In this document: positions 39,891-51,467 of the stretch, in pieces | Layout: every line of letters starts with the position of its first letter | How positions within the stretch are numbered: the stretch's first letter is position 1 | Assembly: GCA_030390025.1 (NCBI GenBank) | Contig: CM059432.1 | Location: 131,008,001-131,072,000, forward strand | Reading direction: 5' to 3' | DNA length: 64,000 nt | Source of the DNA: Squalus acanthias | Lineage: Eukaryota | The notes under the pieces: generated by a model | Database searches by the model: none | The model's input: only the letters and a program-made list of their open reading frames with translations | What the model was told of the DNA's origin: nothing | Translations under genes and position numbers: made by a program

Positions 39891-40823
39891 AACATTTTAT
39901 ACAGTTGCCACTAGAATTATGGTATAGTGGGCATTGCCATCCAGTGTGTGAAGTTCTTTGTTTTCCTTTTACTTCTCTTTTTTTTGTTTTCTTTAGCTGT
40001 CTCTCTTACAATAGTCAGGTTCATACTTGGAGCCAGAGCTTACTCATACAGAGTGAAATTGCTGTATGATCATTAATTCATAGTAGTGGTTCACTTTTCC
40101 TGAGCAATAAGGGTGAGATGTGCCTCCATTAGTATGAAACTGAATGGAGGTTTCATAGCCTGTAACATAATGCGCTACTGTTAACATGTCAGGCATGTGT
40201 GATGTTTACCATCATATGTCTGACCTGATGCGCTTAATGAACCTAGTCGTAACTATGATTTTGTAAAGTAGAAATGTTCTGAGATGCATATTTAGGAAAC
40301 TATTAAAATACTCCTCAGTAGCTCCCTAGTATTACCTGATGCTTCATTTAAATATATATATAAATGTTAATCTCCTATTTAATTATTATTGTTTGTCCTT
40401 TTGTAGCATAAAATTACTTGTTTTCACTTTGTATGCAATCACTGGCTTGTTAGGTGGAAGCAGAAATAGACATGCTAAGTATAATCACCACATTAATGTT
40501 CGTTGCCAACTAATGCAAGCATATTGCGGTTTCCCATTAACCAGGCTTGCTAATTTAATTGTCTTGTTAATTAGAAACAAAATTGCTCAACAGAATATAT
40601 TGTTTGCCTTGAATCTTTGTGTTCTGTGCATTAGTATGATTGAAATTTTCTGCCTTTTTATCCGTGAAATTATTTGATAGTGTTAGTTTTTTGAAATCAT
40701 TTTATGACAACTTGGCCCTAACCCTCTGCTTTTCTTCTCCTTCTTCCCTGCTTTTTTTTGCTTCTTTTTCCTCCTCCATTTCTTCCCTCCCCAACCTCTC
40801 CCGCCTATATTGGTGTGCTACAG

Positions 40824-40943
40824 AATTCATCAAGCTCTGCCTCCTCTGAAGCATCTGAAACGTGCCAATCAGTGAGTGAGTGCAGTTCACCCACTTCAGT
40901 AAGCTCGGGTTCTACCATGGGAGCCTGGGCATCAACAGAAAAG
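40824..40943 (+). CDS. MTSS1: MTSS1 alternative cassette exon (NSSSSASSEASETCQSVSECSSPTSVSSGSTMGAWASTEK)
   Basis: ctacag|AAT...AAG|gtgatg; 120 nt, phase 0/0; resembles the alternative exon of mammalian MTSS1 and the matching MTSS2 segment. Confidence 0.92.
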
Positions 40944-41932
40944 GTGATGAATCTTGCTCGCTCTGTCCACCTCCCAGCCTGTGAATCTACAAAATGAGGA
41001 CACAGGAAACGTTCAGATTACTGTTACTCTAGCCGCTTTCATCTTTTTCAATCTGTTGATCCCCATGAAATTTATGTTTATGGATTACTAATGCAGAGTT
41101 AATTGTACATAAAATTGGAGTGTTCTGAAATTTTTTAGTCTATTCAAAAAAAAAAGGCACACAGCCAAGGGCTCAGTTGAATAAAGCACCAACTGGTGTA
41201 GTATTGAACCATATAGAGCTAGGTTAGATCCACTAGCTGGGATTGTGGTGGAGATCCTGCTAATTACCATCATGCCCTTGAGTGAGGGAGGGGTAAAATA
41301 TCATCTGAAGTTCCCACTCCTGATTTGCTATCCAGTGACTGTGCTTGTGGATGTCCAGCAAGATTGGGATCAATCTTTGCCGTGATTCACTCTCCGTTCA
41401 AATAGCCTGTTGGCAATTTCTGAGCAAGCGTACCCCGACATGAATTAGTGCTTTCAGGAGAGGATGGGAGGAAGAATTGGAAAAAGAAAACACCACCAGC
41501 TGCTAACTTTATAATCATCTTAAACCTGAACTAAAAAGGGGTATGTTTGCATCTTTAGCTTAGCGATGGAAGGCCGCCAGTGTGGATCCTCTACTGAGCA
41601 CAACAATGTTCTCTTTTAGCAGGGATATAGGAAATTACTAAAATGCCATTGCAATATTTGTAGAGTTATTTGAAGGTCTTCTATGTTTTTATAATATAAT
41701 TGTTTATGTTTCTGAGTTAGCTTTGTTTTAAATGGAATGTTTTACTTTAAATACAAGAAGGAGCCCTGTGAGCTTGTTTCAGACTGCATTTTGTTATAGT
41801 TTGTGAATATTGTTCCCGATTCATGGATACTGCTCCCATTGACTTTGTATTATAGTTATTGTGACATTCTTCATAATCATTTTTATTCCATTTGTGTATT
41901 TTTTTTTGTTTTGCTTTTCTTTTTATTTGCAG

Positions 41933-42127
41933 TTGACAAATGGGTTTGATTACTTCAGTTCATCTAGTGAACCATACCATGCCTCAGTTGGTACACGCTT
42001 TCTCCCACATTTTCAGCCCTCTTCCCGACCCTGTTCCAGACCTTGTTCAGCTGCTCTCCCAGTTTATCCTCATTATTATACCATTGGGCCTGGCATGTTT
42101 CCAACATCAATGGTTCCTAGCTGGAAG
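41933..42127 (+). CDS. MTSS1: MTSS1 cassette exon (LTNGFDYF...HYYTIGPGMFPTSMVPSWK)
   Basis: tttgcag|TTG...AAG|gtttgt; 195 nt, phase 0/0; contains the conserved HYYTIGPGMFP motif. Confidence 0.93.
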
Positions 42128-42344
42128 GTTTGTGTTTTTCATTTTTTTTAAAGTAGCTTTTTCAAAATCATTTCATAGAACAGCTTTCTCATGTTTTTAA
42201 AAACCTAATGACAATCTGTAGCTTTTCCAAAATAAACTGGAGATAAATCAGTAAAGGTATATGGCAATATTTACAGTTAATTAATATTATTGTTTGCACA
42301 ACAGCTTGTTCAATTAGTAAAGCCACTAGGATGTGACACTGTGA

Positions 42345-42438
42345 TCTCTCTCTCTCTCTCTCTCTCTCCCTCTCTCCTCACTCACTCACCTCACTCACTC
42401 ACTCACTCACCTCACTCACTCACTCACTCACTCACTCA

Positions 42439-42492
<54 letters not shown>

Positions 42493-42498
42493 CTCTCT
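42345..42498. repeat. Compound microsatellite (TC)n(TCAC)n(AC)n
   Basis: Directly visible. Confidence 0.97.
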
Positions 42499-43253
42499 TA
42501 CATTACTATAGTGCCTAATCAGGTCCTCAAGATGTCGCAAAGTGCTTCACGTCCAATAAATTCCCCATCGGCCCCCTTTGGCTTCCACCCACCTTGGGGC
42601 CCCGTATGGCTCTTCACCCCCCCCAACCTCTGCTCCCTTTGGCTTTTTTGGCCCCCTTTTAAGCTCCCCCACCGTGGCCCCCTTTCGCTTCCTCTTTCTC
42701 TCCACCCATCCCCCAGCACGGCCCCCTTTGGCTTCCCCCACCTCCCTCTTAGCAGAAATAGCATTACTGTGCTGCAGCAGTTGTGTGTTATGGTAATTTC
42801 TTTAAATCGCAGCTGCTACTGAAGAATTCGAACAGGTGAAAATCATTGTTTTCATACTTTTTCTTTTCTTGCATAATTCCATTAAATTACCTCCATCTTT
42901 TCCTGAGTTCTCTTCCCTGCTGCCCCAACCCCCAGTATCCCAGAAATAATTCCTTGTCTGAGAAGGCAATCTGTTCCCAGGCAAATCCACTTGACTAAAC
43001 CAATGAAAGTAGCCATGGGTGATGCTGCTTCCATCCTGCTTTTGTTTATATGCACACAAACACCAGTGGAGAAGCATCTGTCTGACACTCTGCACTCACA
43101 CTAGCCAGTGCAACCAACATAGGTGTTCCTCTCATTGACTTCTCTATCACTCAAAGATGCAGTGCTTTCGAGCTTTTGATTCAGTATTCTTATAATAGTA
43201 GAAAAATGCAGATATTTATTTCCATTTTTAAATACTTGCTGTGTTTTAATTAG

Positions 43254-43427
43254 GACTGGGCAAGACCAGGTCCCTACGATCAGCCAGGAGTAAATACCTT
43301 ACCAAGGCGTAAAGACTCAGAGCAGCGGCGTGATGCTGAAGCTAAGGCTGCAGCATCAATTGGCCAGAGTGTACAAATGGAGGAGGCTCAGAGAACTAGA
43401 AGTATGACTGTCTCTACTGCAGCAAGG
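43254..43427 (+). CDS. MTSS1: MTSS1 coding exon (DWARPGPYDQPGVNTLPRRK...RTRSMTVSTAAR)
   Basis: aattag|GAC...AGG|gtaatg; 174 nt. Confidence 0.95.
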
Positions 43428-43977
43428 GTAATGGCTGTATTATATCATTAATGTACCGTGAATTCTGTTGAATTCCGTGAATTGTTGGAGATGCTATGTA
43501 TTTCAGATAACCATTTAAAGGGAAACCTATTTGCAGCCCTCTATTTGGGGACCGAATGCATAAGTCCTGTTTTTTATCATTGCATATACAATATTTGTAT
43601 TTTGCTAGTTTTATAGACTCAGCACTGTTAATGCTGGATATGTTTTCACATTAACGGCACAATAATTTAGTAGTCTTTACAGCAAATTCAACTTGGAAGT
43701 TTATTTTAAGCTGTTTAATTTTGATGATGCAGTAACTACTTTATCAGTTTTCATGAAACCGCTTGAGGAATTTTATATCAGAAAAGAGTAAATTCATGAA
43801 CAAGTGACTACTAGGCTGAGCCTAGGACAAGTCTAAAGACTTCAGTTTTTAAATATGAGAAACTAAGCTTTAATTTTGCAAATCTTGATTTGAGTGCTAA
43901 ATATGGCTGGATTAGCTAAATCATAGCTGTAATATTGGTGCAGTAATAACGTACTGTGGATTGCTTGTTTTTGGCAG

Positions 43978-44140
43978 CAGGGGGAGGAGGCGGAAACTCA
44001 TGAAGAACTGGCATTGGCCCTGAGCCGAGGTCTTCAGCTGGATACTCAGAGGAGCAGTAGGGATTCCTTGCAGTGCTCCAGTGGATACAGCACACAAACT
44101 ACTACACCGTGCTGCTCCGAGGACACAATCCCTTCACAAG
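43978..44140 (+). CDS. MTSS1: MTSS1 coding exon (QGEEAETHEELALALSRGLQLDTQRSSRDSLQCSSGYSTQTTTPCCSEDTIPSQ)
   Basis: ttggcag|CAG GGG...CAA G|gtaaat; 163 nt. Confidence 0.95.
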
Positions 44141-45722
44141 GTAAATGTGACCGTGCCTATTTATTGTAACTTTTCTTTGGTTCAACATCTAGATCCTTGC
44201 AATCCTCTGTTACCATAATAGGCACAACAAGCTTTAATGAAAAGGAGCTCTAGTGGTGTGTAAAGCTGTATCATACCCTGTGCCCTTTTTCCAAATCCTT
44301 GTGAATTTCATAAAAGTTAATCTTGCAATATAAACATCAATATTGTTTACACTTTTTTTTAAAAGTCTGAAATTTCCACCATATGCTGGTGGAAAGTGAT
44401 GTGGTTGGATTTTGGGTTTTCCTACCTACATGATTGTGGTTGATCAGTAGACATGTCTATTGGAAACAAAGTACTGTATTTAAGTTTATATCGCTTTGTA
44501 GCTTGAAAGGTTGCAAGGAATGCTGGGAATCTTCTGAGTCGGCTTACACGGAAAACTGATTAAAATTGGTCAGTCAAACAGAAACAAAGGCTTTACATTC
44601 ATTCAAATATAAACACAACTTGAATTATTTTGGTCACTTTTCTCTGTGGTTAAAGTTACTAAAATGTTTTCAAAATGATCTTTGATTTAATTGGTTCCTA
44701 CACTTCTGTTAAGAAGTTACAATTGTTGAAATTTGGATGAAACATTTTACTTTTCAGTAATTCAAGTTGGTGTATTGGAAATGTATGTTTCTCTATTGAA
44801 AGCTCCTCATTTTAGTCATGATAGGACCAGTTTCATCAACAGCCCAGTAGCAATGCAATTTAAATTCCACTGAAAAACAGTGGTATGGTAGCATCTTCGA
44901 TTCTCATCCGAACAACAGGTAGGCACTTGAATCCTTTAACCAATATAGGAGAATTTTCATTATTTCTGAGGTGACTTCTTATGTAGCTTACACTGGCATC
45001 TCACCTTGGTAGAAATGCGGTGTTTTGTCTGAGAATTGCCCCATCAGTTGACTGAAACATCATTCGGCAGTAGTATAAAAACTATGGAACAATTCATGTG
45101 TCTCCTGTCACCTTTTTTTGCCACTTGCCCCATACATTCCCCTTCAAGTGGATGTGTAGCAGTAATCCTCACTTGTTTATATGCAGTCTGTTTTGCTAAA
45201 TTGAAGTATCTGGTAATTTATTACTTGCTTTGTGTCATTTTTGAAAAACAGATTATATCGTAATTGGACAATTGCTCATGATAATGACTCCTCTGAATTT
45301 GTTTTGAGAGGTACTGTTATCAGATTTGCATACATTTGTGCAGCTTGTTTAACTGATTTATGTGTACGTGTAGTAGTATCAGTTAATGAAACACCAAATT
45401 CTATTTCTGTGGAAAACATTTTTTTCCCGTTCAAGGCTTTTAATACAAGTTGCCTACAAATAAGTGGTCTTTCGGATAAAATTATTTTCCTATTGGAGAT
45501 TGAGAACCAGAAATGTGTGGTATGTGTACTTGCACTGACTCACTTTGATTCCTGGTTCTGTGATTAGAAGGTAGCAGGAGCAAAGAATTAAGCTGAACAC
45601 TTGCAATTTCAAACCACGCACTTCCCAATTGTCAGCTATATTTATTACAGGATTTTACTGCAATGCAGTCAATAAAATTTTATAAGTTTCAAAATCGAGT
45701 TTTTTTTAAATGTTCTATTCAG

Positions 45723-46458
45723 TTTCAGATTATGATTACTTCTCGGTTAGTGGTGATCAAGATATTGAACAGTCAGAGTTTGACAAGTCCTCCACCATTC
45801 CACGAAATAGTGATATAAGCCAGTCCTATCGCCGAATGTTCCAGGCGAAGCGTCCTGCATCCACAGCAGGCTTACCAATAAACACCGGACCGGTGATGAT
45901 GACGCCAGGAGTTGCTACAATCAGGCGGACGCCTTCAACCAAACCGTCAGTTCGAAGAGGAACTATAGGAGGAGGCCCAATACCAATTAAGACTCCGGTG
46001 ATTCCTGTTAAAACACCAACTGTGCCTGATGTAAGTAGCTTGTCAGGTGTGCAACCTGGGCCAGAGGAATGTGCAGAGCAGGGTTCTGAAGCTGCAGAAA
46101 GCTTGCAGGCCTCTCCAAAGCGAAGCAGTATACCGTCCTCTGCTTTCACACAGGCACCTGTCATCCCTCCCGTGCCATCCCAATCCATAAACCCCACAGA
46201 AGAAGAGAGGCAGTCTGTGATGAGCCAACAGATGACAACGAAGTTGGAGCATCCAGCTTGGGTACCACAGTGGCAGCTGGGGATCAGGCTTTTACTGGTA
46301 CAGCTTTAAGCCTGCAGGAGTTGGATACGGCAGGAGAGCGTTCCACGGCCGATAATGCAGAACCCCCCCAAGGTGAAGACATGCTGAGCGCCATCCGACG
46401 TGGGGTGAAACTGAGAAAAACAATTACTAATGACCGCTCGGCCCCAAGGTTTTCATAA
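45723..46458 (+). CDS. MTSS1: MTSS1 terminal coding exon: proline-rich region plus C-terminal WH2 motif; apparent 1-nt frame break near 46219
   Basis: ttcag|TT TCA GAT TAT (VSDYDYFSVSGDQ...) in ORF 45710..46309; GEDMLSAIRRGVKLRKTITNDRSAPRFS* is in a different frame (ORF 46258..46458). Confidence 0.93.
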
Positions 46459-49160
46459 ATGTATAAATTGTATCGTAGAGATTAAGGTGGAGGTCTCTGT
46501 GACTTGGAGAAATCCATTCCAGTGTATATTTGAAAGAAATGATTCTGTTGTAATCTCAATAACATACCACCATGTATTTTATTTGAGAAGCTCGTGAGAG
46601 AGGAGACTGGTGGAATAAAGAGAAAAGGCAGTGGGGGGGAAAAACTTTACTAGTTGCATTACCTTTTGGATTTTATGCTCTGTAAATATGAAAACTGTTT
46701 TCTGTTGTAGCTGCTTTTTAGTTTACCAGTTGCTTTTTTTCCCCTCCCTTCTGCCAAACCAGAAGGTGCCAAATCATATCTGAATCTCATTGTAATCTGA
46801 CAGAGCACAACATGTTAAAGATTTTTTTATTAAGGAATGGATGATTTTATGTAAAAGACTGTCATGTAAGGTGTTCATTAACTGCAAGCTGATGAAGAGT
46901 GCACTGAATTAATGGTGCATTGAGAAAAATGAAAGTTTTAATTTATTGGATTTTATCCATGTTAAAAGATTTATTTCTATAGGATGGAGCGATAAGCAGC
47001 GTCACTCAATATTAAACTTAGTTACTGTCTGAACAGTAAAGAGGGAATTATAGCAGACTACCAGCTAACATAATTTAAGCAATACAGTGCAAATGAGTCA
47101 GCGTGGATTTAATGTTTAGTCGTAAATTAAATAGGGTGCCATGACAGTAACCATCCTTACAAAATGGATGTTTTTACACTGATAGTTAACCATACTGTAG
47201 TTTTTTAGTGCTTAATGTTGATCCTATTGAAATGAGCCATGCCTAATTATAGAACTTATAATTTCATATGCTGTTTAGACATTGCATTCAGTTGAATTTA
47301 ACTGTCCAAATTAGCTTGTTTGTATGCATGTGCCCAGATGTTATTTTCTTTGTACCCGCAGCAGTTCATAAGCTCTCTTCGCCTTTCCCCTTTCCCCTCT
47401 ATTTTTCTAATTTTAAATACGACTTTTAGGCTAAAGCAATGGAAAGTATGCGAAATACAGTAGTAACACACCTTTTAAAAACTCAAAGGTAGCAGGGAGT
47501 TCTCTAGATAACAATGCCTTTTTCTCAAATTTTCTTTCTTTTTAAAAAGAGATTAACCCAGCAGGCTGGGGTAAGTAAAAACCCATATAGTACAACTTTA
47601 AGAAAAGGAAGCAAAATCTTCATGCTATGACAGAGCAGTAGCCATAGAATTACAGCTCAGGTCTTATCCCTTGTGCAAATGTACGTTCTATTTAAAAAAA
47701 AAAACTTTCAGGGGCTTGTTTGTTATGTATTGCAGCTCTTGATTCATATCTAACCCGTAGTAATATTGAATACAGGAAGCCACAAATTGAAGCGTGTGCA
47801 AGCATTGTGTATAGTATGCATGATTAATTCTTTAATATATATATTTAGCGTTTCTGGTAAACTAAGTCTTAGTGTTTTGTCAATTTTGTATTTTATTCGC
47901 CATCATAACTAGTAATGGCTGGTATAAGCCATGCAGTTTTCAGTAAATGCTTAACGCCACCTTCAACCCAATTCTCTCTCTTCTCTTCATTCCCAACGCC
48001 CTTAAGGTGTCTGCACGAAGTGGTAGCAGGTATGTTAAGTGTTTTCGAATACTGTTTGCTTTTCTTTAAGCGTTAGCCATTAAGCGCATTTAAATGCGGG
48101 TATTTTTAATCCCAGACTTGCAGATATTTTTACACAATCTTTTAACATCTCAGGAGTCCCAGACAACAGGAGATGAAATCATTTCCATCACGTACTGAGA
48201 GTACAAGGACATTCTAGAGGCACAAAACATAAAGCCGCTGTTCGTAATAAATAAAGTGGTGTGAAGCTGTTTTTGATTTTTTGTAAGAAAAGCTGGGCAA
48301 ACCAGCAATTGAAGTTTCACAGTTGCAATTTGTTTAATAAACAAGCCCCTGGCTAGAAAACAGTATTATCTTTGTAGTGCCTGTGGTGATTCTGATACTA
48401 AAACGAAACAGAAAAGACAGTGCTAACCACAAGTATACAGTGAGACAGGAGTAGTTGATATACAGTAGTAACTCCAGCTGATGCAGATTGCAGATGATGC
48501 TAATAGTCGATGGTTACTTACTAGCTCTTTAAAAAAAATACTAAAATCATAGACACAGTTGTAATTGTTCAGTACTATAAAAACGTAGGAAAACTTTTCA
48601 AGAGGTAGTATGTCAATGTAGATTCTAACATTCATCACATATCCTTGCATCTCTTCATGAAATTAAATATTAAAGAATATTGCCAAAATTTTAATAATGT
48701 GTAAACTGATGGAATTGTTTTTGAAATAGTAAAAAATGGATGTGTTTTGCATATTGTAAAAGCAGGCTATCACACTGAAACTAGAATTGTTTCTAATGGT
48801 AAATTATTGTGGTTTTGTTCCTGGTTTGTATTGAGAGTTGACCTCTCCATGTGCAGTTTTTTTTTTTGTTTGAAAGGTGTAAATATAACAATCTATAATT
48901 TTTGTGTCACCCTCTTCTGTGTAATGATTGCTTCAACCCATATTAAAGAAATGTAAAAAATCTATTTTGTTTTCATTTTGTAATGGAGTATTTGTGTTTT
49001 TTTTTAAAGTTATCCAAGTTGTGCTTAAATTGAACAGTCATTTGTTCTTCTCATACTCATTTTCTGATGTCAGATTTTGCATGTCGTTTGCATTAGGTCT
49101 TGGCAACTATGGCATTGTCAGCATACATGAAATAAAACTCCTTACGGGTTGTCTGTATTT
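46459..49160 (+). other. MTSS1: MTSS1 3' UTR (3' end approximate)
   Basis: AT-rich sequence with no recognisable repeats after the TAA stop; AATAAA at 49131 followed by GT-rich sequence; further AATAAA/ATTAAA near 48246, 48336 and 48942. Confidence 0.65.
49131..49136 (+). promoter_or_regulatory. Candidate polyadenylation signal AATAAA
   Basis: catga AATAAA actccttacgggttgtctgtattt, with a downstream GU/U-rich element. Confidence 0.5.
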
Positions 49161-49790
49161 ACGTAATTAAATTTGATGGCCTAAACAGCAGTTTGTTTCT
49201 CCAGTGCTGGTCATCAGTATATTTATTTATTGTACACTTTATGATGACTGCAGTTGTGTAACAGGCTGAACTGCTGTACTTTCAAAATGAATAGACAATA
49301 CATCAGTAGGCCACATCTTGCTACATGCTATGGTGGCAACAGTATGCATTAACCAAAACAATCTGGGAGGCTTTCTACAGCTGCAAATAGAATTTGTGGT
49401 TTTAAAAAGATATAATTGGGGAATGGATGGTACAATAAATCAGCGCACTATTTTACCTTCTGGGTCTTGGGTTGGAACCATCCTCAAACAGATTTGATTG
49501 TTTTGTGTAAAGTGGGGTAATAACGGTGAAATGAGGGGCAACTGTAGCAGTTATTAACATTAACTTGGGGAGGTGCTATTTTCTGGAGTAATCCACATTG
49601 AACAAATGATGGTTAATTCAGCATATGAACTAAAGGATATAAGTGAGAGTTCCACTAGCAGCAGGATATAAAACTTTGCCACTGGTGTTCTGTTAGGACT
49701 TTTCAGAATGATGAAGTTACTTGAGGTAAAGCTGTGTCAACGTTTCTTGGTGTAAACATGGAGGGCACTCTTGATCGTTAGAAAATATTG

Positions 49791-49951
49791 TGCTGCTCCA
49801 TGTAAGGTGCGCGCAGTAATCTGCAAGGTCCCGCGCAGGCCGTTCATCAGCTTTTACATTGTAAATACCGCACATGCGCAGAAATTTAAAGGGACCGCAC
49901 ATTAAAAGAAACCGGCCGTGCAAAACAAAGCGCAGCTTACAGGGAACATTG
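49791..49951. mobile_element. Possible short MITE
   Basis: Imperfect inverted ends tccatgtaaggtgcgc / gcgcagcttacaggga; CpG-rich. Confidence 0.4.
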
Positions 49952-50061
49952 GTAGCAGTCCATCTATGACGCTCCAATATGTGAATGAACTCTTCTGCCG
50001 TGGAGTTAACACTACAGGGTAGAATTTGCACGGAGGTTTCCGCTAATCTACTGTAACTTCT

Positions 50062-51058
50062 GATTAAGAAAGGAGGGAGAGAGAAAAAGGGGAACTACAG
50101 ACCAGTTAGCCTGACATCAGTATTAGGGACAATGCTAGAATCTATTATTAAGGATGTGGTGACAGGGCACTTAGAAAATAATAATAGGATTGGGCAGAGT
50201 CAACACAGATTTATGAAAAGGAAATAGTGTTTGACGAATCAGTTAGAGTTTTTTGAGGTTGTAACTAGCAGAATAGATCAGGGGGAACCAGTGGATGTGG
50301 TGTATTTGGATTTTCTGCAGGCATTCGATAAGGTGCCACACAAGAGGTTATTAAACAAAATTAGGGTTCATAGGATTGGGGGTAATATACTAGCATGGAT
50401 TGAGGATTGGTTAATGGACAGAAAACAGAATAGGAATTAAACAGGTCATTTTCGGCTGGCAGGCTGTAACGAGAGGGTACTGCAAGGATCAGTGCTTGGG
50501 CCTCCGCTAATCACAATCTATGGGCCGGATTTTCCGACCATCACGGGTGCGTATGAGGTGTGTACGCACCCGTAGGGACCGTGCAAGTGCCGGTTTCAGG
50601 TATGCGAAGTGCATGCGCTAAAACCTGGCACTTGCGATCTGTCAAGAATCCTCTTGACAGATTATCCGCCTGCCTGGGAAAAGGGTCCCCGCAGGCAGAG
50701 AGTTGTGCTTTCTGCGCAACTTCCGCCATCTGAAAACCTTTAAAAATCTTACGCCTGGTAAAAGCAAGCGTAAGGCCTGCTTTTACCAGCATAAGAGTTG
50801 ATAAAAAATAAAAAATTTCACTCATTTATATTTTAAAAATACTTTTAAAAAAGAATACTTGGGTCTCTGTGCATTTCGTAGTGGAGAGGCCCAGGATTGC
50901 AAGCCTCGGAACCTACGGAGCCAGCAGGTAAGCGCGTAGATTTTTTCCAATCGGAGGCATCCGATCGGAAATTCAGGGCCTATATCAATGATTTGGATGA
51001 AGGGACCAAATGTAATACATCCAAGTTTGCTGATGATACAAAGCTGGGTGGGAATGTA
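50062..51058 (+). mobile_element. CR1 RT fragment split by a MITE
   Basis: VDVVYLDFLQAFDKVPHKRL; YINDLDEGTKCNTSKFADDTKLGG. Confidence 0.9.
50522..50980. mobile_element. Harbinger-type MITE
   Basis: TAT|gggccggattttccga ... tcggaaattcagggcc|TAT (3-bp TSD); CR1 reads acaatc-tat-atcaatga when removed. Confidence 0.85.
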
Positions 51059-51059
51059 A

Positions 51060-51467
51060 GATCAGAGTCCAACTCCAGAGCTTGAGCACAAAAATCTAGA
51101 CGGACACTCCTGATAGTGCAGCACTCCCTCAGCACTACACTGAAGTGCCGCCTTTCGGATGAGACGTTAAACTGAGGTCCCATCTGCTCTCTCAGATGGA
51201 TGTAAAAGATCCCACGGAACTATTCTGAAGAGCAGGGGAGTTATCCCCGATGTCCTGGCCAATATTTATCCCTCAATCAACGTCACAAAAAACAGATTAT
51301 CTGGTCATTATCACATTGCTGTTTGTGGGAGCTTGCTGTGCACAAATTGGTTGCTGCGTTTCTTACATTACAACAGTGACCACACTTCAAAAGTACTTCA
51401 TTGGCTGTAAAGCGCTTTGGATCCAGTGGTCATGAAAGGCATGATATAAATGCAAGTCTTTATTTTT
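51060..51467 (+). mobile_element. tRNA-derived SINE, 5'-truncated
   Basis: Same body and tail as 5681-6143. Confidence 0.85.

Noticed and set aside
46220..46309. Novel C-terminus MSQQMTTKLEHPAWV...LVQL from ORF 45710..46309
   Set aside because: Out-of-frame read-through after the frame break; the MTSS1 WH2 end is intact in the other frame.
561..46458. Assignment to paralog MTSS2 (MTSS1L)
   Set aside because: HYYTIGPGMFP, DWARPGPYDQP and the NDRSAPRFS end match MTSS1 as I recall it; phylogeny or synteny would confirm.
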